This document shows, piece after piece, positions 57,446-64,000 of a stretch of DNA of 64,000 nucleotides. Numbering within the stretch: the stretch's first letter is position 1; each line of letters opens with the position of its first letter. The position numbers were made by a program, and so were the translations under genes. The DNA is from an uncultured Acidobacteriota bacterium. GTDB lineage: Bacteria; Acidobacteriota; Terriglobia; UBA7540. The notes under the pieces are model-generated. The model searched no databases. It saw only the letters and a program-made list of their open reading frames with translations, and was not told the origin of the DNA. Location: contig CAWDSK010000005.1 of assembly GCA_963804995.1 (NCBI GenBank), positions 704,001 to 768,000 of the forward strand, in the 5' to 3' direction.

Positions 57446-59440
57446 TCACCCCCTCACCAGCAGGAGGATCGTCGTCACAATGACGGCGCCAATCACGATC
57501 CACAGAAGATAGATCTGCGGGGTTCCCACGTGCGTTCTGCTCACGCGGTCTGCGGCCCTATCGATAAGTTTGACGACCGGCGTATACAGCCACCGGTCAA
57601 AATCGAGCGCGCGGCGAAGGGGAGCCGGAAACTTCGGTACATGGACTTGTCCGCTGGGATAGATTCCCTGGAACGCGTGTTTGAAGGGCAAGTAAAAACT
57701 GCTGGCGGGATAGCGGACCGTAGCCGGAACGTGTTCTTCTCCGCAGTACCAGACCGGCGCCGACCGCACTTCGGCTCCACCCGCGCGCTGAATGCCATAG
57801 GAAATCAATGCCAGGATTGCCAACGCTGCCAGCATGGCGAGGGGTGACCAGAATCCGGATCCATCCGTGAGTGACAGGCCACCCCATAACCGGCTCGCAT
57901 CCACACCCACTGCTGCCATGCCCGTAACACCCTCGATAGCATTCCCGACGAAACGCAACATAAGCTGGGGAAAGATGCCGAGCAGAACGCAGAGGGCGGC
58001 AAGCACCACCTGCGGCACGACCATGGATATCGGCACTTCCTTAATTGCCCGGCGCTCATCACCGTTGCCGAAAAAGACGGAGCCGAGCACCTTCAGGAAG
58101 GAAGCGAGCGTGGCGAGCGAAATGAAAAGCGCTACCAGACCCAGCACGAGGAATAAGGGAAATCGCATTCCGGCCAAGAGGCACCCGGCGACGATCAGCC
58201 ACTTGCTCGAGAACCCGTTGAAGGGTGGCACCCCCGCGATGCTCAAGGAGGCGATGGTGGTCGTGCCGGCGGTGTACGGCATGAAACTCCCCAGGCCCCC
58301 CAGCTTGTCCATGTCGCGCAGGCCGGTGCGGTAAAGGACTGAACCCGCTCCCAGGAACAAGCATGACTTGAAGCAGGCATGGTTTATCGCGTGCAAAATT
58401 GCACCCGCGAGAGCAATCGAGGCCAGGGCCGGGTACATCTCCAGACAATAGGCGCCCACACCTAACCCGAGGCAGATATAACCGATTTGTCCGATGGTGT
58501 GGAAGGCCATCAGCCGCTTGGTGTCGGTCTGCCGCAGTGCGGTCAACGTCCCTACGAAAAGCGATCCGGTGCCCGCGAGGGCCAGAATAATTCCCCAGAT
58601 CCGGAGCGACGGTGACGCCGCGAGAAATGAGCAGAAGAGGCGAACCAGGCCATAAATTCCCAGTTTGACGAGTGCACCGGAAAGCGTGGCGCTCATCCCG
58701 GAAGGTGCAACGGGATGGGCGTCGGGGAGCCAATCACCCATGGGCAGGATTCCTGCTTTGGTGGCAAATCCCAAGAAGAAAAGGAAGACGACGGAGTGAG
58801 CGAGGTACGGCCGGGTGTCGAGCAGCGCGGTCAACGTTTGCCGGATGGAGTCGAAAGAAAATGACCCGGACGTCCTCCAGAGCAACAGTGCCGCGGCCAC
58901 CATGCACAGCGTGGCGCCGTGGGTGATGATGAAATACTTCAAGCCCGCCCGCTGGCTCGCCGGGTTCTCGCTCTCAAACGTCACCAGGAAATAGGAGGTC
59001 AGCGTCATGGACTCCCAGAAGATGAGGAAAAACAGGAAATCCGTACACACCAGGACTCCGGTCATGCTGGCCACGCAGAGAAGAAGCAGCGGGAAGAACT
59101 TTGCGACCTTATCGTGCTTGTAGTGCTCCATGTACCGCACGGAGTAGAGCGTGCTCAGCAGAGCAATCACGGCCACGATGGTAAGGAAAATGGCGCTCAG
59201 TGGATCAACCCGCAGGGTGAAGCGGGCGCCCAGTTGGGGTAGCGAAAGAAGCGAATGTTCGTCTGAGGCCACCGTCGAGGCCCCTACCACCGCGAGCCCC
59301 GTAAACACCGTGGAGGCGCTAACGAAAGCGAAGCTGACCCAGCCACACACTTTCCGGTTGCGCGCAAAGAGCAGGCTCACCAGTGACCCTAGGACCAAGA
59401 TCACAATACTGGCTTCGATGTTGCGAACGGCATTCATCAT
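57446..59440 (-). CDS. hyfB: Antiporter-like subunit (HyfB/NuoL-like)
   Basis: FWESMTLTSY, WLPDAHPVAP, KRLMAFHT, PFNGFSSKW. Confidence 0.82.
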   Translation of the reverse strand: MMNAVRNIEASIVILVLGSLVSLLFARNRKVCGWVSFAFVSASTVFTGLAVVGASTVASDEHSLLSLPQLGARFTLRVDPLSAIFLTIVAVIALLSTLYSVRYMEHYKHDKVAKFFPLLLLCVASMTGVLVCTDFLFFLIFWESMTLTSYFLVTFESENPASQRAGLKYFIITHGATLCMVAAALLLWRTSGSFSFDSIRQTLTALLDTRPYLAHSVVFLFFLGFATKAGILPMGDWLPDAHPVAPSGMSATLSGALVKLGIYGLVRLFCSFLAASPSLRIWGIILALAGTGSLFVGTLTALRQTDTKRLMAFHTIGQIGYICLGLGVGAYCLEMYPALASIALAGAILHAINHACFKSCLFLGAGSVLYRTGLRDMDKLGGLGSFMPYTAGTTTIASLSIAGVPPFNGFSSKWLIVAGCLLAGMRFPLFLVLGLVALFISLATLASFLKVLGSVFFGNGDERRAIKEVPISMVVPQVVLAALCVLLGIFPQLMLRFVGNAIEGVTGMAAVGVDASRLWGGLSLTDGSGFWSPLAMLAALAILALISYGIQRAGGAEVRSAPVWYCGEEHVPATVRYPASSFYLPFKHAFQGIYPSGQVHVPKFPAPLRRALDFDRWLYTPVVKLIDRAADRVSRTHVGTPQIYLLWIVIGAVIVTTILLLVRG

Positions 59441-59441
59441 G

Positions 59442-60908
59442 CTATTTCCCCATTAACTGCACTAAGGGCATGCCCACCAGCGGGGCTACCACGCAGCCGA
59501 TCATCAGGATGACCAAAGTGGAATCCATGGGCCACGGTGGATCAACCGGGACTTCCACCGGCACCAGGGGCGCCCCCAGGAAGATTTTTTGGGCGATGTA
59601 AAGCATCCATCCGAAGGAGACCAGCGTTTCGACAAGGATGAAAATAACGATGAGCGGTCCGAGGGGGCCGGGAAGACGCATGGCGCCCGAGAGAATCATG
59701 AACTTGCTCCAGAAGCAGGCGAGCGGAGGAACTCCGGTAACACTCAGGAGCCCCACGAAAAATGCCGTAGCCGTGAGGGGCAAGATTTTTCCCAGGCCGC
59801 GCAGCGCTGATATTTTGCGCGTTCCGGTGACATAGGCGATGCTACCCGCGCAGAAGAAGAGGGTCGCCTTGCTGTAACCGTGACAGATGATGTGCAGTAC
59901 AGCGCCCCGGAAACCCAGGGTTGACCCCATCGCTCCGATGGCGATGCCCAGGAACACGTACCCGAGATGAGCAATGGTTGAATAGGCAAGCAACCGCTTC
60001 AGATCATCCTGAACGAAATAGAAGGAGAGAGCGACGAAAATGGTGAGCAGCGCCATGCCGGCCATGAGCAATGCTATCTTCGGTGGAATGTCCCACCCGC
60101 TACTCACCGTCCTGGCCATAAGGAAGACGCCGGCTTTGACCATCGCTGCGGCGTGGAGGTAGGCGCTGATGGGAGTCGGCGCCTCCATAGCATCCGGCAA
60201 CCAGGTATGCAGGGGCACCTGCGCTGCCTTGGCCCAGGCTGCAATCAGGATAAAGAGCAAAACCCAGGATTTGAGACCCTCGGGCAGCCGGCTGAGAGCA
60301 GAGAACTCAAAGGAATTGGTATGAGCAAAAATAATAAGAATGGCCAGCAGCAGGAAGGCGCTACCGACATGCGTCATCAAAAGGGCTTTGAATCCGGCCC
60401 GTAAGCTGCGCTCGTTCTGGTGAAAAGAGATCAGGGCCCACGAACACAAAGTGGTCATTTCCCAGAAGACGAGGAACTGAAGGAAATTAGGCGAAACCGC
60501 CACACCCGCCATGCTGGTGATGAACAACAGGAGCCAGAAATAGTACCGGCCGTAATGCTCACTCCCTACCGGGTGCTCCCGGTTCTTGTCGGTAAGGTAG
60601 GAAGTGGAATAGAGGACGGTCAGCAATCCGATGGGCACCGCCACCAGCAGCATCAAGCAAGCCAGGGGATCGATCAGAATCCCCAAAAGGGGCGCATCGA
60701 CGATGCCATGCAGCCAGGGAAGGCTTCCCAACATTTGGGTGGAAGCGGCGCCGAAGGTGGAAACTGCCAGCCATGCCGCAAGGCCGGTGACTATGGCGGC
60801 AATTGTTACCGCCGCGGGGCGGGCGCGTTCTTTCAGAATCACGCACAGCAGGGCTCCCGCCGCGGGCAGGATCAGCATGAGGACGGCAATTGAGGTGGTC
60901 AGGTCCAT
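59442..60908 (-). CDS. hyfD: Antiporter-like subunit (HyfD-like)
   Basis: FWEMTTLCSW, KAAQVPLHTWLPDAMEAPTP, KRLLAYST. Confidence 0.78.
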   Translation of the reverse strand: MDLTTSIAVLMLILPAAGALLCVILKERARPAAVTIAAIVTGLAAWLAVSTFGAASTQMLGSLPWLHGIVDAPLLGILIDPLACLMLLVAVPIGLLTVLYSTSYLTDKNREHPVGSEHYGRYYFWLLLFITSMAGVAVSPNFLQFLVFWEMTTLCSWALISFHQNERSLRAGFKALLMTHVGSAFLLLAILIIFAHTNSFEFSALSRLPEGLKSWVLLFILIAAWAKAAQVPLHTWLPDAMEAPTPISAYLHAAAMVKAGVFLMARTVSSGWDIPPKIALLMAGMALLTIFVALSFYFVQDDLKRLLAYSTIAHLGYVFLGIAIGAMGSTLGFRGAVLHIICHGYSKATLFFCAGSIAYVTGTRKISALRGLGKILPLTATAFFVGLLSVTGVPPLACFWSKFMILSGAMRLPGPLGPLIVIFILVETLVSFGWMLYIAQKIFLGAPLVPVEVPVDPPWPMDSTLVILMIGCVVAPLVGMPLVQLMGK

Positions 60909-60936
60909 ACCTTTTTTCTCATCGGCGCGAGGCGCC

Positions 60937-61025
60937 TTGGAGTGCGGTAGCAGCAGCTACCGCCTTTCCACATTTGCCGTATGAACCGAAGGCGGAAGGC
61001 GGTAGCTGCTGCTACCGCACTCCAA
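60937..61025. repeat. TTGGAGTGCGG-type REP inverted repeat
   Basis: TTGGAGTGCGGTAGCAGCAGCTACCGCCTT...AAGGCGGTAGCTGCTGCTACCGCACTCCAA. Confidence 0.85.
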
Positions 61026-61508
61026 AGCTCGCCTGCGGCGAGCCGCCTCAAAAACTTCGTTCAACACCTCGGCAATGCTCGCCACGCTCGAGTGCACCTC
61101 GCCGCTCATCGGTTGCATAAAAGCCGTGTGCCGCGGCTGAATCGCAATCAGACAGAGGTGCGCGTGCGTTTCCCGCTCGAGGTAGTCCATGAGCAGGGTT
61201 ATGGGGACGCGGTGCGTGCTCGGCCAGTAACCCGCCACTTGCTCCTTATCCAAAAGCGCTACGGAGCCAGGGGCGGAATTCAAATCGACGGAGTCAATCA
61301 GCACCACGGTGTCGGGCCGCTCGTCTACCACTTGGCGAAAGTAATTTTCGGGAACCTCCTGGGCATCGATCACACGCACTCCGGGGGCGTCGCTGAGCAG
61401 TTGGGCCAACAGGCTGCCGGCGGCGTCATCGCCACGGCAGGGATTGCCTATGCCCATGATTACGACGTTGCCTTGAATTGCGGCGGCGAGTTGTTCTTGT
61501 AAGTCCAT
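60957..61508 (-). CDS. hycI: Hydrogenase maturation protease (HycI-like)
   Basis: GIGNPCRGDDAAG, VPEN, LIDSVD, STH. Confidence 0.88.
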   Translation of the reverse strand: MDLQEQLAAAIQGNVVIMGIGNPCRGDDAAGSLLAQLLSDAPGVRVIDAQEVPENYFRQVVDERPDTVVLIDSVDLNSAPGSVALLDKEQVAGYWPSTHRVPITLLMDYLERETHAHLCLIAIQPRHTAFMQPMSGEVHSSVASIAEVLNEVFEAARRRRALECGSSSYRLPPSVHTANVERR

Positions 61509-61546
61509 ATTGCCGACTCGTGCGAACTCCTGCGCGAATGCGAACC

Positions 61547-61675
61547 TTTGGAGTGCGGCAGCTCGCTGCCGCTTTCCTCCCCGCGAGCTTGCTCGCGGGA
61601 ATTGCAACAGAGAACGTAAATGTCAGCCAACAACCTGGCTGGTGCAAAAGCGGCAGCGAGCTGCCGCACTCCAAA
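61547..61675. repeat. TTGGAGTGCGG-type REP inverted repeat
   Basis: TTTGGAGTGCGGCAGCTCGCTGCCGCTTT...AAAGCGGCAGCGAGCTGCCGCACTCCAAA. Confidence 0.85.
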
Positions 61676-61679
61676 ATCC

Positions 61680-62501
61680 CTACTCCACCAACCCCGCGAT
61701 CTCGCGATAATTGAAAACCGGCCCATCGCGGCATACGTAGCGATGGCCGATGGCGCAGTGATTGCACTTGCCGATGCCGCACTGCATCATGCGTTCCAGG
61801 GTGGAGATGACCGCCTCTTCCTTAAACCCGCGCGTAAGGAGGTCACGGACCACGAACCGGATCATGATGGGCGGGCCGCAAACATAGGCCAGAGTGGATT
61901 CCGGATGCAGGGTGACCTTCTGGAACAAAACGGGGACCACCCCCACATTTCCCGTCCAATCGGGCTCGGCCACGTCCACCGTCACGAGGAGTTTCACATC
62001 GGAGCGCTTTCCCCACACTTCCAATTCATCCTTGTAAACCAGGTCATGGGGCGTCCGGGCGCCGTAGAGAATGGTCACCTTGCCGAAGCGGTCGCGCTCA
62101 TCCAGGACGTTCCAAATCAGGCTGCGCAGCGGGGGCAATCCAATGCCGCCGGCCACAAAGAGCATGTCCTTGCCGCGCGCCGCCTGCACGTCGAAGCCAT
62201 TGCCGAAGGGACCTCGGATGCCCACCTCGTCACCATTTCCCAGCTTGTGCAACTGATCGGTCAACTGCCCCGTGCGCCGCACCGTCGTTTCCAAGGCCCC
62301 GGGCCGCGTGGGGCTGGAGGCAATGCAAAACGGCGCCTCGCCGCAGCCGAACACGGAAAGTTCCAGAAACTGTCCGGGAAGGAAATGAAAATGATTCCCA
62401 TTCTCGTGGTCCCGGAAGCGCAAAGTGAAGGTCTTGGTGTCGGGCGTCTCATCCCGGACCTTCTCAAGGCAGGCAATCTCCGGAAGGAAAACGTCATTCA
62501 T
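61680..62501 (-). CDS. FAD/NAD(P)-binding [2Fe-2S] subunit (AsrB / sulfhydrogenase gamma-like)
   Basis: PGQF, RGPFGNGF, AGGIGLPP, CGPP, CGIGKCNHC...C. Confidence 0.88.
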   Translation of the reverse strand: MNDVFLPEIACLEKVRDETPDTKTFTLRFRDHENGNHFHFLPGQFLELSVFGCGEAPFCIASSPTRPGALETTVRRTGQLTDQLHKLGNGDEVGIRGPFGNGFDVQAARGKDMLFVAGGIGLPPLRSLIWNVLDERDRFGKVTILYGARTPHDLVYKDELEVWGKRSDVKLLVTVDVAEPDWTGNVGVVPVLFQKVTLHPESTLAYVCGPPIMIRFVVRDLLTRGFKEEAVISTLERMMQCGIGKCNHCAIGHRYVCRDGPVFNYREIAGLVE

Positions 62502-63534
62502 GCCATTTCCCCTTCCTGATGGCGGCCACCACCGCCGGCATGTGGGTCGTGCCTAAGCACGTCTTGATGCATCTCCCGCAACCCACACAGCCCACCGTGC
62601 TGTCGCGGGTGAAATACTGCGCACTCACTTTGTGGAAGAAACGGCGCTTCATCCGCTCCTTGCGATTTGCCCGCGGATTGTGTCCGGAAGCTTCGAGAGT
62701 GAAGGCGGTGTACTGGCAGGAATCCCACGTGCGGCAACGAACCCATGTGCCATTCTGGCGGAGATCCTTCACGCTGAAGCAGTAGCAGGTGGGGCACACA
62801 AAGTTGCATCCGCCACACTCGAGACACCAGTCCGCCATCTTCTCCCACAGCGCATCTGGCACACGGCCGGTTGAGATGCGCCTCATAGCCGAGGCGAAAT
62901 GGCAGGTCTCTGGCCCAAAACGGGCTTTCGCCGCTACCTCCAGTGCCTGACGCTGGGCGATTGCATATTCGCTGGCTTTCCGGAAGAGGTCCGGCGCCTT
63001 GGCCATCCCCGCCTCACCCTTTGCGCTGCCTACCTCGACGAGAAAGAGCCCGCCTAGATCCGTCAATTGCAGGTCGTAACTGTTACTCAAGAAGGGTCCT
63101 GAATCCGTACAGACACAGAAACCCGGAGGGCACGGAGTGGTGCAGGCCAGGCTGATGATCGTGAGGTTGTGGGCACGGCGAAGGTAGGAAGCGTCCGCGG
63201 GCTCCGCTTCGTGCATGCGCGTGAGGAAGGCGATTCCCTTCACATCACAGCTACGCACGTTGAAGAGGGTGCGGGGGGCGTTGTCGTAAACGGGCTCGAC
63301 TTCGTGGCGTTGACCGTTGAGCTTGATTTTAACCAGGGGGTCGGTCTGAGGCAGGACAAATTGCTTCGGTGGGTGAAGGGGGTTCTCAAAATCCCACAGG
63401 ACCTGACTGGGGGAACTGAGCGTCGAAAAGATAACATCCCCGCAGGGGCCACGCACCGGAGCGATGACCTCTCCAGCCTCTAGCAGCTTTGCAAGCCATC
63501 TGGTTGTGCCTTCTCTTGGTATCGTGAAGACCAT
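62494..63534 (-). CDS. 4Fe-4S dicluster subunit (AsrA / sulfhydrogenase beta-like)
   Basis: RSCD, CLECGGCNFVCPTCYC, WDSC, CVGCGRCIKTC. Confidence 0.88.
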   Translation of the reverse strand: MVFTIPREGTTRWLAKLLEAGEVIAPVRGPCGDVIFSTLSSPSQVLWDFENPLHPPKQFVLPQTDPLVKIKLNGQRHEVEPVYDNAPRTLFNVRSCDVKGIAFLTRMHEAEPADASYLRRAHNLTIISLACTTPCPPGFCVCTDSGPFLSNSYDLQLTDLGGLFLVEVGSAKGEAGMAKAPDLFRKASEYAIAQRQALEVAAKARFGPETCHFASAMRRISTGRVPDALWEKMADWCLECGGCNFVCPTCYCFSVKDLRQNGTWVRCRTWDSCQYTAFTLEASGHNPRANRKERMKRRFFHKVSAQYFTRDSTVGCVGCGRCIKTCLGTTHMPAVVAAIRKGKWHE

Positions 63535-63544
63535 TGCTGGCCTC

Positions 63545-64000
63545 TTAGGCCTGTTCTACCTTAACGGCCGTGACACTGTGCGTTCCCAACACGTCGACAA
63601 GATAATCGCGAAAAGCATAAGGCACATGTAGCACGCCGGGCTGGATATCCGACCTAACTCGAATCGGAACCACCGCACTTCCATGGAGGGAGGTCAACCT
63701 GACCGGCCGTCCCGGGTGCACACCGATTCCGTCAGCATCCTGCTTCGAGACCTCGACAAAACCCTTGGGGAAGAGCTTTCGCTCGGATTGGGAGTCACGA
63801 CATAATGTCGGCGAAAACGAGACAAGTGGGTCGCGACCCCAATCATAAGCGCAATCACGGACGAGCACATGCTGGCCCTCAGTAGGATTTAGACACAGTG
63901 GTTCCGCGACATGGAGTCTGAACTTTTCGCCATTTGAGCTTTTTGCCGCACCTCTGAGGTCCCACTTATCGTCCCACTTGTTCGCCTCCGAGCGTCTTAG
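63545..64000 (-). CDS. C-terminal molybdopterin-dinucleotide-binding domain of an FdhF/NuoG-like protein (5' part outside window)
   Basis: Frame open to window end; VEVSKQDADGIGV..G..VRLTSLHG...IQPGVLHVP. Confidence 0.7.
   Translation of the reverse strand, partial: LRRSEANKWDDKWDLRGAAKSSNGEKFRLHVAEPLCLNPTEGQHVLVRDCAYDWGRDPLVSFSPTLCRDSQSERKLFPKGFVEVSKQDADGIGVHPGRPVRLTSLHGSAVVPIRVRSDIQPGVLHVPYAFRDYLVDVLGTHSVTAVKVEQA

Overview
Bacterial window, probably from an Acidobacteriota-like genome (inferred from gene content and style, not proven). It has five blocks. (1) 1-13.1 kb: surface-polysaccharide cluster with four GT4s, a methyltransferase, a transglutaminase-like protein, AsnB, a carbamoyltransferase, a WecA-like transferase and an FAD reductase. 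(2) 13.5-25.6 kb: an uncharacterised RRE-dependent RiPP locus with two HprK-like kinases, an RRE fused to a Cys-rich peptide, a nucleotidyltransferase, a methyltransferase, two radical SAM/SPASM enzymes, a 58-aa precursor, a PqqD/RRE protein, an S24/S26 peptidase and an ABC exporter. MITEs and REP hairpins interrupt this locus. (3) 26.1-47.8 kb, the most unusual part: an XRE repressor faces a promoter/operator that drives a phage-like recombination operon (annealing protein, SSB-like protein, Fe-S PD-(D/E)XK nuclease, hypothetical 'gene X', HNH). The 3' end of this operon recurs as seven further co-oriented, variably truncated copies. Cargo sits between the copies: several toxin-antitoxin modules, a Uma2 nuclease, phage-like hypotheticals and an oxalyl-ligase-like NRPS with PPTase. 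The layout resembles an integron cassette array, but no integrase or attC is visible. (4) 48-49.4 kb: Tat-exported Gfo/Idh/MocA oxidoreductase. (5) 49.7-64 kb: minus-strand group 4 [NiFe]-hydrogenase operon joined to AsrA/AsrB-like subunits and a molybdopterin oxidoreductase C-terminus. Several frameshifts share a 'TC to TTC' signature and may be sequencing artefacts. All family assignments come from motif recognition by eye; no searches were run.
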